A stretch of DNA of 64,000 nucleotides from an uncultured Acidobacteriota bacterium (lineage in GTDB: Bacteria; Acidobacteriota; Thermoanaerobaculia; UBA5066; Gp7-AA6), in contig CAVZKA010000002.1 in assembly GCA_963775725.1 (NCBI GenBank), forward strand, positions 293,004 to 357,003. Reading direction: 5' to 3'. The position numbers and the translations under genes are program-made. Positions 46,933 to 58,131 of this stretch are shown here, one piece after another (position 1 is the stretch's first letter; each line of letters begins with the position of its first letter). The notes under the pieces are model-generated. The model worked only from the letters and a program-made list of their open reading frames with translations. It did not search any database and was not told where the DNA came from.

Positions 46933-47562
46933 CTAGAAGCGCTTGCGAACGAGCGCGACGACCTGCGAGCGGAGCCGTTGCGACTCCTCCTGGAGAACGG
47001 CCGTCTCGCGCTGCATCTCCGAAACGAACGTGGCGTCCTCGATTCCGGACAGGTTGATGCCGACGTTCAGGAGCGCACCCTCGACGCAGGCGTCGAGCAG
47101 AAGGGCGGCCGCGCCCACGTCCGAGGCCGCATTCGGGTTGCCCTTTTCGGCCAGCTCCGTCAGCGCGCTCATCAGGCGCACCGCGGCGCGGGCGGTCTCC
47201 ATCGGGACCTCGGCGGCCCGCCGATTGGCGACCGCGATCCGGTGGGACCGGGCCGTCTTCTGCTCCTCGGTGTCCTTGGGGCTCCGCCTTGCGGCGACCA
47301 CGTCGTCGTACGCCAGGGAATCCTCCTGCGCGAGGTGCAGGAACTCCGTCCGCGCCAGCTGCGCCGCCTCGAGGATCGGGCGGACGGCGTCGTGCGAGGC
47401 CGCGTACTTCTCCTTGGAGAGCGTGAGGGCCGAGACCATTTCCGCGAGCGAGGCCCCCATCGCGCCGGCCGTCGCGGCGGCCGTGCCTCCGCCCGGCGTC
47501 GGCGCCTCGGACGACAGCGCCGCCAGGAACCCGTCGAGCGTGAGTTTCGAAAAATCGGTCAT
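46933..47562 (-). CDS. Formiminotetrahydrofolate cyclodeaminase-like protein (FTCD C-domain / methenyl-THF cyclohydrolase family)
   Basis: MTDFSKLTLDGFLAALSSEAPTPGGGTAAATAGAMGASLAEMV… is the cyclodeaminase signature. Adjacent to hutI. Confidence 0.7.
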   Translation of the reverse strand: MTDFSKLTLDGFLAALSSEAPTPGGGTAAATAGAMGASLAEMVSALTLSKEKYAASHDAVRPILEAAQLARTEFLHLAQEDSLAYDDVVAARRSPKDTEEQKTARSHRIAVANRRAAEVPMETARAAVRLMSALTELAEKGNPNAASDVGAAALLLDACVEGALLNVGINLSGIEDATFVSEMQRETAVLQEESQRLRSQVVALVRKRF

Positions 47563-48860
47563 GGGCGGTTCGTCCACGCCACGCGGCCGCGCGAGACCAC
47601 GGCGGTCGCGAGGTTGACGCCCCAATGATAGATGAGGTGACGGTCGTCGGGGGCGTCGAGAATCACGAGGTCGGCGGACTTTCCGGCCTCGAGCGAACCC
47701 ACCTCCGCTGCCAGGCCGAGCGAAGCGGCCGCGTTCAGGGTCATGCCGGTCAGGGTCTCCTCGACCGAGAGGCCCGAATCGAGGCAGGCGTGGACGGCGA
47801 CCGCGGCGAGCGACTCGGTGCAGCAGGTGCCGGGGTTCGAGTCCGAGGCGATGGCCACCGGGACACCGGCCTCGATGAGCTCCCGGGCCGGCGCGCGCCG
47901 GGAGCGCATCCACCAGGCGGTTCCGGGCAGGACGACGGCCACCGTTCCGGACGCGGCCATCGCGGCGATCTCCGCCGCGCCGATGAAGAGGAGGTGGTCG
48001 GCCGAGTCGGCCTTCAGCTCGGCCGCCAGCATCGCGCCGCCCGAGAGCGCGAGCTCGTCGGCGTGGACCCGGAGGCCCATTCCGGCCCGCCGGGCCGCCT
48101 CGAGGATGCGGCGCGACTCCGGCACGGTGAAGACCCCCTGCTCGCAGAAGACGTCGCAGTAGCGCGCGAGCTTCTCGCGCGCCGCGCGGGGGACGATCTC
48201 CTCGGCGACGATCCGGATCCACTCCGCGCGGTCGTCGCGGAACTCGGGCGGGATCTCGTGCGCGGCCATGAGCGTGGGGACCAGGCGCGGCAGCGTCGGG
48301 TCCGACTGCAGGTCCTTCAGCAGGACGAGCGCGCGGATTTCGTCCTTCTCCGTGAGGCCGTAGCCCGACTTCGCCTCGGCCGTCGTGGTGCCGTGGGCCA
48401 GCATGGTGGAAAGGCGGCGCGTGACCGCCGCGCGCAGCGCGGCGTCCGAGCCGGCGCGCGTCGCGCGGACAGTGGCGTTGATGCCCCCGCCTTCCGCGGC
48501 GATCGTCGCGTAGCTCTCGCCGGCCAGGCGCCGCCCGATCTCGGGGCCGCGATCTCCCAGCCAGACCGGGTGCGTGTGCGCGTCCACGAGGCCCGGGATG
48601 ACGGCCCGGCCGGCCGCGTCGATGGAGGCGTCGGCCCTGCGCCCCGCGTACTCGCGCGCATACTCGCTTTCGGTTCCGACGAAGACGAGCCGCCCGTTCT
48701 CGGCGCGCACGGCCGCATTCGCGATGCGGCGGATCTCGCCCTGCGCCCTGCCGCGGCGCGCGGCCGATCCGAGGGGCGTCGCGAGGCAGGCGATGTTGCG
48801 GATTTCGAGGCTGGAGGTCAGCCCGCGCTCTCTTCCTTCGGCTTGCGGGTGATGTACGAC
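47559..48860 (-). CDS. hutI: Imidazolonepropionase HutI
   Basis: …VIPGLVDAHTHPVW… and the amidohydrolase fold. No canonical start codon is near the expected N-terminus (candidate CTG or an upstream GTG), so the start coordinate is approximate. Confidence 0.75.
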   Translation of the reverse strand, partial: VVHHPQAEGRERGLTSSLEIRNIACLATPLGSAARRGRAQGEIRRIANAAVRAENGRLVFVGTESEYAREYAGRRADASIDAAGRAVIPGLVDAHTHPVWLGDRGPEIGRRLAGESYATIAAEGGGINATVRATRAGSDAALRAAVTRRLSTMLAHGTTTAEAKSGYGLTEKDEIRALVLLKDLQSDPTLPRLVPTLMAAHEIPPEFRDDRAEWIRIVAEEIVPRAAREKLARYCDVFCEQGVFTVPESRRILEAARRAGMGLRVHADELALSGGAMLAAELKADSADHLLFIGAAEIAAMAASGTVAVVLPGTAWWMRSRRAPARELIEAGVPVAIASDSNPGTCCTESLAAVAVHACLDSGLSVEETLTGMTLNAAASLGLAAEVGSLEAGKSADLVILDAPDDRHLIYHWGVNLATAVVSRGRVAWTNRP

Positions 48861-49321
48861 AGCGGCCGCTCCTTGTCGTCCTCGTCGCGGTCGAACTCCA
48901 GGACCTGCTGGAAGAGCTCGATCATCTTCTGGAGCTGCAGGCGGAAGTTGGTGCGCTGCATCCGGAGCTCCTGGATCCCCTTCTCGATGTCGGAGGCGCG
49001 CTGGAGGGCGCTGTGTGTGAGCTTCTCGGCGGAGTCCTGGCCTTCGCGAACGACGAGCTCCGCTTCCTTGCGTGCCGCGGCGCGGATGTCCTCGGAGGCC
49101 TGCTGCGCCGAGAGCAGCGTCTGCTTCAGGATCCGCTCCCGCTCGCGGTGCTCCTCGTTTTCCTGCTCGAGCGAGCGCATCCGGCCGTCGAGGTCGGAGT
49201 TCTCGCGGGCGAGGGCCTCCATGTCCTCGGCGACGTCGACGAGGAACTGGTGGACCTCGACGGGGTCGAGCCCCTTCCACTTGTTCGAGAACTCGCGTTT
49301 CTGAATCTCGAGCGGGCTCAT
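48818..49321 (-). CDS. DivIVA-domain protein
   Basis: MSPLEIQKREFSNKWKGLDPVEVHQFLVDVAED…, then a coiled-coil. Confidence 0.7.
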   Translation of the reverse strand: MSPLEIQKREFSNKWKGLDPVEVHQFLVDVAEDMEALARENSDLDGRMRSLEQENEEHRERERILKQTLLSAQQASEDIRAAARKEAELVVREGQDSAEKLTHSALQRASDIEKGIQELRMQRTNFRLQLQKMIELFQQVLEFDRDEDDKERPLSYITRKPKEESAG

Positions 49322-49346
49322 CCGTGGACGCATGGGAACCTCCTGG

Positions 49347-49634
49347 TCAAATGGAAATCGCGAGGCGCACGATGAAGCTCCTCACGAGGAAGATCGCGAG
49401 CAGGACGAAGATCGGCGACAGGTCGATCCCGCCCGTGCGGGAGGGCGGTACGAGCCGGCGAAACGGCCGGAAGAGCGGCTCCGTCACGCCCCACAGGAAA
49501 CGCACGATCGGATTGCGGGGATCGGGATTCACCCACGAAATCAGCGCGGCGATGATGACGATCCACTGCAACCCCTGCAGGGCATAGAGGAGGACGTCCA
49601 CGACGGCGCCGGCCGCGGACCCGCCGACGTTCAC
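49347..49634 (-). CDS. YggT-family membrane protein
   Basis: 95 aa; …LQWIVIIAALISWVNPDPRNPIVRFLWGVTEPLFRPFRRL… is the YggT/Ycf19 pattern. Confidence 0.7.
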   Translation of the reverse strand: MNVGGSAAGAVVDVLLYALQGLQWIVIIAALISWVNPDPRNPIVRFLWGVTEPLFRPFRRLVPPSRTGGIDLSPIFVLLAIFLVRSFIVRLAISI

Positions 49635-50350
49635 GCGGCCTCCCGCGGGCCGAACAGGGCCGTCCCGATCCGCACCTCGGTCGAACCTTCCTCGACCGCG
49701 ACCGCGAAGTCGTGGCTCATGCCCATGGAAAGCTCCGGAAACGGGCGGCCGAACCGGGCGGCCAGGCGGTCGCGGGCCTCGACGAGCCGCCGGAAGTAGG
49801 GGCGGGATTTCTCGGGATCGGGGTCATAGGGCGGTACCGCCATCAGGCCGCGGACTTCGAGATGCGGGCAGGCGAGCGCGGCCTCGCAGAGGCGCGGAGC
49901 CTCGTCGGCGGGAACGCCCGACTTCGTTTCCTCGCTTCCCACGTTGATCTCGAGCAGAACGGGCAGCCTGCGATCCTGGCCGGCCTCGGCCAGGAGGGTC
50001 TCCAGGCGGACCGCAAGTCGTTCCCTGTCCAGACTTTCCACGGCTGCGAACCATTGTAGCGCCGACCTCGCCTTATTGGACTGCAGTGGGCCGATCAGGC
50101 ACCAGGTCAGCCCGGGAAACAGGTCCCCGAGGGCCGCGATCTTGGCCGAGCCTTCCTGCACCCGGTTCTCGCCGAACAGCGTGAAGCCGGCGCGCGCGGC
50201 GTTGGCGACGGTCTCCGGTCCATGGCCCTTGGTGACGGCCATGACCGCGATCTCTGCGCCGCGGCGGCCCGATTTCGCGGCGGCCCGAGCGACGGCGGCG
50301 AGGATCTCGACGCGGCGCCGCGCGATGTCCTCGACCGGGACGGCCGTCAC
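49631..50350 (-). CDS. yggS: YggS-family pyridoxal-phosphate homeostasis protein
   Basis: …MAVTKGHGPETV…FGENRVQE… with the alanine-racemase-N fold. Confidence 0.85.
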   Translation of the reverse strand: MTAVPVEDIARRRVEILAAVARAAAKSGRRGAEIAVMAVTKGHGPETVANAARAGFTLFGENRVQEGSAKIAALGDLFPGLTWCLIGPLQSNKARSALQWFAAVESLDRERLAVRLETLLAEAGQDRRLPVLLEINVGSEETKSGVPADEAPRLCEAALACPHLEVRGLMAVPPYDPDPEKSRPYFRRLVEARDRLAARFGRPFPELSMGMSHDFAVAVEEGSTEVRIGTALFGPREAA

Positions 50351-50784
50351 GGCTCGAGCTGGAACTTCTTGCCGGCGAGATCACGCTCACTCGCGTCGGC
50401 GCCGAGGTTGGCCAGGCGGTCGGCCTTCTTGTTGTCCTCGCGCGGCACGTGCGCGATCGCGAAACGGCGGAACCCCTTCACGAGCGCGAGCGCCTCGGCG
50501 TGGAGCGGCTTCAGGTGCGGCGCCTTGACCTTGTATCGTCCGAGGACCTGCTGAACGAGGAGCAGGCTGTCGGAGGCGATCGAGACTTCGGAGGCCGACC
50601 GGTCCACGGCGCGCCGGAGGGCGAGCAGCAGGGCGCTGTACTCCGCGACGTTGTTCGTCTGGTGGCCGAGCGCCTCGAAGTGCTCCTCGGCGGGCTCGTC
50701 GCCCTCGGCCGATACGTAGACGCCCGCGCCCGCCGGACCGGGATTACCCCGCGCGGCGCCGTCGATGAAGGCGCGAAAGCGCAT
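50347..50784 (-). CDS. RNase H (type 1, RVT_3-like)
   Basis: MRFRAFIDGAARGNPGPAGAGVYV…NNVAEYSALLLAL…; internal Met chosen. Confidence 0.7.
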   Translation of the reverse strand: MRFRAFIDGAARGNPGPAGAGVYVSAEGDEPAEEHFEALGHQTNNVAEYSALLLALRRAVDRSASEVSIASDSLLLVQQVLGRYKVKAPHLKPLHAEALALVKGFRRFAIAHVPREDNKKADRLANLGADASERDLAGKKFQLEP

Positions 50785-50798
50785 CGCGCTCACGGCTC

Positions 50799-51557
50799 CT
50801 AGGAGCTCGCCGGCTCGTAGTAGAGGATCCGCTTGCAGGTGTCGCAGTAGATGACCTCGCGGCCCTGCTTCAGGATCTGCATCGCGGCCGGGCGCACCTT
50901 GACGTGGCATGCGGAGCACGAGCTGCCATGGACGAGGACGACGGCGAGGCCGCGCTTCTTGTCGACCAGCCGGTGAAACTCGGCGCGGTCGCGCGGCGGG
51001 ATCTGCGCCTCGAGCCGGGTGATCTCCTCGCGGGCGGCCGCGAGCTCCTCGTTGATCGCGCGCTGCTCGGCGCGCCAGTCCTTCAACCGCTCCTCGTGCT
51101 GCTCGGTCTCGGCCGGCAGCGTCTTCTCGCGCTCGTCGAGATCGGCGCGCGCCTTCTCGATTTCCTCCTCGAGCTCGAGGAACTTGTCCTCGGTCGAGCG
51201 GATGAGCTTCTCGACGCCGTCGATCTCGTTCAGGGCGGCGGAGTACTCGCGGCTCGACTGCACGTTGCGCAGCTGCGCCTGGTACTTTTTCAACTTCTCC
51301 TTGTGGTCGGCGAGCTCGCCCTCGGCCTTGCGCTTCTCGAGCTCGGCCTCGGTCAGGCGCGCCTTGAGCGCGGCGACGGCCTGGACTTTTTCCTGGTACT
51401 CGCGGTCGACCTCGACGAGGTCGGGCGGTACGGTGTCGCGCCGCTTCTCGCGGTCGTGAACGAAACGAATGCGGGTCTGGAGTCGGTAGAGCTGTTCCAG
51501 AAGATCGGTCAACGTGAAACTCCGGAAATGAAAAAGGGTGTTCCGGTTGTGGAACAC
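50799..51557 (-). CDS. COG1579-type coiled-coil protein with C-terminal C4 zinc ribbon
   Basis: Long coiled-coil followed by CSACHVKV…CDTCKRILY. Commonly adjacent to RNase H. Confidence 0.65.
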   Translation of the reverse strand: MFHNRNTLFHFRSFTLTDLLEQLYRLQTRIRFVHDREKRRDTVPPDLVEVDREYQEKVQAVAALKARLTEAELEKRKAEGELADHKEKLKKYQAQLRNVQSSREYSAALNEIDGVEKLIRSTEDKFLELEEEIEKARADLDEREKTLPAETEQHEERLKDWRAEQRAINEELAAAREEITRLEAQIPPRDRAEFHRLVDKKRGLAVVLVHGSSCSACHVKVRPAAMQILKQGREVIYCDTCKRILYYEPASS

Positions 51558-51625
51558 CCTTCCGTTGAAGACGGTTTGTTGTTTCGGTCTCGGATCAGAA
51601 GCCTCAAAATCTGCCGCCCCTCGTC

Positions 51626-51702
51626 TGGTGGGTCCACTCGGATTCGAACCGAGGTCTGACCGGTTATGAGCCGGTGGCTCTGGACCGCTGAGCTATGGAC
51701 CC
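51626..51702 (-). tRNA. tRNA-Met (anticodon CAT), CCA encoded
   Basis: Reverse complement GGGTCCATAGCTCAGCGGTCCAGAGCCACCGGCTCATAACCGGTCAGACCTCGGTTCGAATCCGAGTGGACCCACCA. It has a 7-bp acceptor stem, GTTCGAATC T-loop, and anticodon loop CTCATAA. It could alternatively be an initiator or a lysidine-modified Ile tRNA. Confidence 0.85.
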
Positions 51703-51753
51703 CTCTGAATATAACAAAGGGGGTCGACTTGCCAAGTCTTTGCCTGGCCGCCC

Positions 51754-53442
<1,689 letters not shown>

Positions 53443-53447
53443 GTTCT

Positions 53448-55238
53448 CTATCCTTTCCGCGAGTTCAACTGCGCGATCCGTTTCTTGAGAGTTTCCTTCC
53501 GCCGCACCAAGTCGCCGAAATCCACGCCCTCGTCCTCGGCCTGCTGGATGGCCTTTTGGAGGGCAGCGCCCTCCGTCTCCAAGTGTCTTGTTTCGAGGGC
53601 CTTGAAGAGTCGGTCTAAGTCTTTCTCGGTCGGCTCAGGAGATTCATCCAGCGCGATGCCAGAGAGAAACGTCCGCTCGTCCTCCGTAAGGTGTGCGATT
53701 TGGCCCTGAAAATCAATAGGGCCGGATTCCGTTCCCGCCCGTCGAAGGGCGGCCACCACCCGCTTTACCCTCTGGTCGGTCAGGAATTCGTCATTCAAAG
53801 TACTGAGAATCAACGGGTTGTTGTCGGCGTCGTTCATCAGAAAGCGAAGCAGAAGCTTCTCGATGGCCGGCGCTTCCACGGTGGATAACACGGGCTTGTT
53901 CCCTTGCGTTCCCACACCAGTAGAACGCGATTTGTCGGCCCGAGGGTTCGCCTTTTCCCCGCCCCAGAGCACTTCGAGTGGCACGGAAACTGCCGCCGCG
54001 AGCTTGCGGTACTCCTCGTAGCGGAGGATCCGGTCGGGGATCATCTTCAGGATCTCGAGGATCTTGCCGATCCGCTCCCGCTTCTCTCCCGACTCGAGCC
54101 CGGCCTCGGCCGGCCGCAGGTCTTCGAGGAGCCAGGTCAGGTACGCGGGGGCCTCGTCGATCGCCCGCGCGACCGCCTCGGGGCCCTCGCGCTGGAGCAG
54201 GTCGTAGGGATCCTCGCCCGCGGGCAGCCGCGCGACGCGGGCCTCGAACCCCTGGGCGAGCAGGAGCTGGAGGGCCCCGCGCGTCGCGTTGCGGCCGGCG
54301 GAGTCGCCGTCGTAGCAGACGATTGCGTGCGGGCAGAGGCGGCGCAGCTTCTCGGTCTGCTCGGGCGTGAGCGCGGTCCCCATCGACGCCACGGTCTCCT
54401 GGATGCCGGCGCGCACGAGGGCGAGATGATCGAAGTAGCCTTCGACGAGCACGACGCGATCGTGCTTGCGGATGGACTCGCGCCCCTCGAAGAGGCCGTA
54501 GAGCAGGCGCTTTTTCGAGAAGACCGGCGACTCGGGCGAGTTCAAGTACTTGGGCTCGCCTTCCGGCGAGAGAGCGCGTCCGCCGAATCCCACCGCGCGC
54601 CCGCGCTCGTCGCGCACGACGAAGATGAGTCGGTCGCGGAAGCGGTCATAGGCGCCCTTGCCCTCCGAGCGCGGCTGGAGCAGGCCGGCCTCGATCAACA
54701 AGTCCTCCGGGTACCCCGGCGAGAGAGCCTTGCCGAGCGAGTCCCACGCGTCGGGCGCATGACCGAGGCCGAGCGCCGTCCACATCGGGACGGGCACGCC
54801 GCGGCCTTCGAGGTACGCGGCGGCCGCGTTGTCGGGCCGCGCGAGCCGCTCGGCGAAGAAGCGCTGCGCCGCCGAGAGCGCCTCGAGGAGCCGGTCGCGC
54901 CGGTCGTCGCGCGGGCCGCTGCGCTGGCGGCGCGGGATCGTCACGCCGAAGCGCGACGCGAGCACCTCGACGGCTTCCGGAAACTCCAGGCGGTCGATCT
55001 GGCGGACGAAGTGGATGACGTCGCCGCCCGCGCCGCAGCCGAAGCAGTGGTAGAGGCCCTTGTCGCGGTCGACGGTGAAGGAGGGCGTGCGCTCGTTGTG
55101 GAACGGGCACAGCCCCTTCCACGAGCGGCCGGCCTTCTTCAGCGTGGTGTGGTCGCCGATGACCGCGACGATGTCCGACGCGCTGCGCAGCTCGGCGAGG
55201 ACGTTGTCGTTGATGTCGAGGTCGAATGAAGAAGTCAT
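53448..55238 (-). CDS. dnaG: DNA primase DnaG
   Basis: Zinc-binding domain [13 protein letters not shown]…[11 protein letters not shown] and the TOPRIM domain. Confidence 0.9.
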   Translation of the reverse strand: MTSSFDLDINDNVLAELRSASDIVAVIGDHTTLKKAGRSWKGLCPFHNERTPSFTVDRDKGLYHCFGCGAGGDVIHFVRQIDRLEFPEAVEVLASRFGVTIPRRQRSGPRDDRRDRLLEALSAAQRFFAERLARPDNAAAAYLEGRGVPVPMWTALGLGHAPDAWDSLGKALSPGYPEDLLIEAGLLQPRSEGKGAYDRFRDRLIFVVRDERGRAVGFGGRALSPEGEPKYLNSPESPVFSKKRLLYGLFEGRESIRKHDRVVLVEGYFDHLALVRAGIQETVASMGTALTPEQTEKLRRLCPHAIVCYDGDSAGRNATRGALQLLLAQGFEARVARLPAGEDPYDLLQREGPEAVARAIDEAPAYLTWLLEDLRPAEAGLESGEKRERIGKILEILKMIPDRILRYEEYRKLAAAVSVPLEVLWGGEKANPRADKSRSTGVGTQGNKPVLSTVEAPAIEKLLLRFLMNDADNNPLILSTLNDEFLTDQRVKRVVAALRRAGTESGPIDFQGQIAHLTEDERTFLSGIALDESPEPTEKDLDRLFKALETRHLETEGAALQKAIQQAEDEGVDFGDLVRRKETLKKRIAQLNSRKG

Positions 55239-55265
55239 GGGTCGCGTCGGGAGCCGAGGGAGGTT

Positions 55266-57680
55266 TTATCGCAATTCGAGAATCGTCGCGCCGTTGCCGC
55301 CCTCGCGGGCGTCGGCGGGCCGCAGCGTCTCGACCGATGCGTGCCGGCGGAAATGCTCGCGCAGGCCGTCGCGCAGGCGCCCGGTCCCGTGGCCGTGGAT
55401 GACGCGCAGCCGAGCGGCGCCGGACATCAGGGCCTGATCGAGGGCTTTCTCGGCGCTGTCGATCGCCTCGTCGAGCCGGGTGCCGATGACGTTGACTTCC
55501 ATCGTCGGGCCGGAGGAGGGTTGTGCGTCGTGAGCGACCGGTTCCGAGTCGGGCCTTCGATTGGGAGCCCGGCCGCGGGCCTTGGTGGGAACCGCTCCGA
55601 GGGGCTCGAGCTCGCCGCGCCGCACCCGGAGCCGTTTGCCCTGGATGTCCATCCGGGCCCAGTCGCCGTCGAAGGCGACCACGAGGCCTTCGGCGTTCAG
55701 GCCGCGGACGCGGGCGCGGTGGCCGACCTCGACGGTGCGCGCGATCGCTTCTTCGGCCTCGCGCGCGAGCGCGACGACCGGCTCGCTCTCGGCCGCGAGG
55801 GAGGCCTCTTCGACCAGCCGCGCCGCCGACACCTGCGCGAGGCGCGACGTCTCGGCGCGCGCGCCCTCGAGCTCCTTCTCGACGCGCCGCGCGAGCTCGT
55901 CGCGCGCCCGCTCGAATCCCGCGAGCCCCTCGGCCAGCATTCGGGCGCGCTCCTCGGCGAGCCTGCGGCGGTCGATTTCGAGGCGCTCGCTTTCCCGCCG
56001 GGCCTGCTCGCGCTCGCGGCCGAGCTCGGCCTCCTGCGCACGCAGGCGCTCGATCGCCTGCTCGGCCTCGGCCTCGGCGCGCTCGCGCCGCTGCCAGGCC
56101 TCGCCCAGGATCTCGAGGGCGCGCGCAATCACGGGCTCCGGGAAGCCCCGCTCTCGGGCGACCGAGAGGGCGTGGCTGCGGCCGGCCAGCCCGGCGTGCA
56201 GCCTGTAGTTGGGGCGCCCGGTCCGGTCGTCGAACTCCATCGCCGCGCAGAGCGCGTCGGTGCGGGATGCCGCGAAGGCCTTGATCGCGGACAGGTGCGT
56301 CGTCACGAGCGCCCGGCCGCCGCGATCGACGAACGCCTCGAGCAGCGCGATCGCGATGGCGCTGCCTTCCTCCGGATCGGTGGCGCCGCCGATCTCGTCG
56401 ATCAGGGCGAGCGTGTCCGGTCCGGCCTCGTCGAGGATCCCGGCCAGGCGCTCCATGGACGACGAGAACGTCGACCGATCCGAGAGGATCGCCTGGGCGT
56501 CGCCGATCTCGGTACGGATCGCGCGGAACACCGGCAGGCGCGTTCCGACGGCGGCGGGGATCGGGATCCCGCACTGGGCGAGCATCGAAAAGAGCCCCGC
56601 GGTCTTCAGCACCACGGTCTTGCCGCCGGCGTTGGGACCGGAGACGACGAGCAGCCGCCGGTCGGCCGGCAGCGCGAAGTCGAGGGGAACGGCGTCGCTG
56701 CGGTCGCGGGATTCGCCGAGCACGCGCCGCCGCAGCTTCTCGAAGCGGACGTCGAGCAGAGGATGACGGGCCGCGACGAGCGTCCAGTTCCCGTCTTCCG
56801 AGATCTCCGGCAGACGGCCCTCGCCCATCTCGCCGAAGGCGACCTTCGCTTCCAGGGCGTCGAGGGCCGCGAGTGCGTCCACGGCGTCGAGCAGCGCGTC
56901 CGCCTCGCCGAGGACCGCGCGCCCGAACTCGCCGAGCAGCCGCTCGACCTCGCGGCGTTCTTCCGCTGCGAGCAGGGCGAGGTCGTTGTTGGCCTCGATC
57001 ACCTCGAGCGGCTCGACGAAGACGGTCTGTCCCGAGCCCGAACGGTCGTGGACGATGCCCGGCACCCGGCCGCGCGAGGACGCGAGGACGGGCAGGCAGT
57101 AGCGGTCGTTGCGCATCACGACGACGGCGTCGCCGAGCGCCTCGTGGCGCTCGCCGAGGATTTTCTCGAGCTGACGGGAGACCTCGGTGCGCCGGCGGCG
57201 CAGTTTCGAGCGCGCCCCCGCGAGCGCCGGCGAAGCGTCGTCGCGCAGGAGCCCGTCGGCGCCGAAGAGTCGCGCGGCGTGCGCGAGCAGCGCCTCGAAC
57301 ACGGGCAGGCGCTCGCGCCGCGCCGAAAGGTGCGGAGTGTCCGCCTTCGCGAGAAAGCGGCGGACGGAATCGCACGCGCGCGCCGCGCGCACGATGGGGC
57401 GGAATTCCTCGGGCGAGCCCACGCCGCCGGACGCCTCGAGCGCGGCGAGGAGCGGTGCGACGTCCTCGAGGCCGCCGAAGGGAAGACCGCCGTGGCGGAT
57501 CCGGAAGCTGACCGCCTCGTCGGTCTCCGCGAGCAGACGGCGGACCTCGGCTTCCCCGGCCGCCGGCGACAGAGACAAAACCGCCGCCCTTCCGGGCGGC
57601 GTGCGGGCGAGCGAGGCAATGAGGCGGAGGACGACGCCGAACTCGAGGGCTTCCCGGTCGGCGCCGTCTCCGTTCGACGG
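55266..57680 (-). CDS. mutS2: Endonuclease MutS2 (MutS domain + C-terminal Smr)
   Basis: Walker A GPNAGGKT…, …TTHLSAIKAF…, and a C-terminal Smr (…IHGHGTGRLRDGLREHF…). No standard start codon lies between the rpsU stop and the conserved N-terminus (…REALEFGVVL), so the start coordinate is approximate. Confidence 0.75.
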   Translation of the reverse strand, partial: PSNGDGADREALEFGVVLRLIASLARTPPGRAAVLSLSPAAGEAEVRRLLAETDEAVSFRIRHGGLPFGGLEDVAPLLAALEASGGVGSPEEFRPIVRAARACDSVRRFLAKADTPHLSARRERLPVFEALLAHAARLFGADGLLRDDASPALAGARSKLRRRRTEVSRQLEKILGERHEALGDAVVVMRNDRYCLPVLASSRGRVPGIVHDRSGSGQTVFVEPLEVIEANNDLALLAAEERREVERLLGEFGRAVLGEADALLDAVDALAALDALEAKVAFGEMGEGRLPEISEDGNWTLVAARHPLLDVRFEKLRRRVLGESRDRSDAVPLDFALPADRRLLVVSGPNAGGKTVVLKTAGLFSMLAQCGIPIPAAVGTRLPVFRAIRTEIGDAQAILSDRSTFSSSMERLAGILDEAGPDTLALIDEIGGATDPEEGSAIAIALLEAFVDRGGRALVTTHLSAIKAFAASRTDALCAAMEFDDRTGRPNYRLHAGLAGRSHALSVARERGFPEPVIARALEILGEAWQRRERAEAEAEQAIERLRAQEAELGREREQARRESERLEIDRRRLAEERARMLAEGLAGFERARDELARRVEKELEGARAETSRLAQVSAARLVEEASLAAESEPVVALAREAEEAIARTVEVGHRARVRGLNAEGLVVAFDGDWARMDIQGKRLRVRRGELEPLGAVPTKARGRAPNRRPDSEPVAHDAQPSSGPTMEVNVIGTRLDEAIDSAEKALDQALMSGAARLRVIHGHGTGRLRDGLREHFRRHASVETLRPADAREGGNGATILELR

Positions 57681-57682
57681 GC

Positions 57683-57895
57683 TTACGGGGTGGCTCGCTT
57701 CTCCTCCGAGAGTTTGCGAAGCATTTTCTTGCGCGCCTGAATCATCTTGCGCTTGCGCTTGGCGCTCGGCTTTTCGTAGTGCTGCCGCTTCTTCAGCTCG
57801 GAGAGGATTCCTGATTTTTCGCACTTGCGTTTGAAACGCCGCATGGCGTTCTCGAACGATTCATCTTCTTTGACATGGACCAGAGGCACGAACAC
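57683..57895 (-). CDS. rpsU: 30S ribosomal protein S21
   Basis: …[45 protein letters not shown]…. Confidence 0.85.
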   Translation of the reverse strand: MFVPLVHVKEDESFENAMRRFKRKCEKSGILSELKKRQHYEKPSAKRKRKMIQARKKMLRKLSEEKRATP

Positions 57896-57992
57896 TCACC
57901 CCCTTACCCAGCGATTTCAGAGAGCGACACATACTATGGAAGCCGACCCGAGGTGTCAACGGGATTGACCGTATCCCAAGTGGACGCAATGA

Positions 57993-58086
57993 GTTAGCCG
58001 TCGGAATGGCCGCGGACGGGTTACGCCCCCGCGGGGGCATCCGCGGCCCCTCTCCGCGGGCATGCGGAATCGCCTCCGACGGCTAA
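57993..58086. promoter_or_regulatory. Highly structured approximately 95-nt element in the rpsU / GAF-like gene divergent intergenic region (candidate leader RNA/sRNA)
   Basis: Outer 12-bp stem gttagccgtcgga/tccgacggctaa encloses a 9-bp stem ggccgcgga/tccgcggcc, a perfect 14-nt palindrome gcccccgcgggggc, and a further small hairpin. Confidence 0.3.
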
Positions 58087-58131
58087 GAGCCAACCGCTAA
58101 TAGCTTTACCTCCATCGTCTCACCCCCGATA

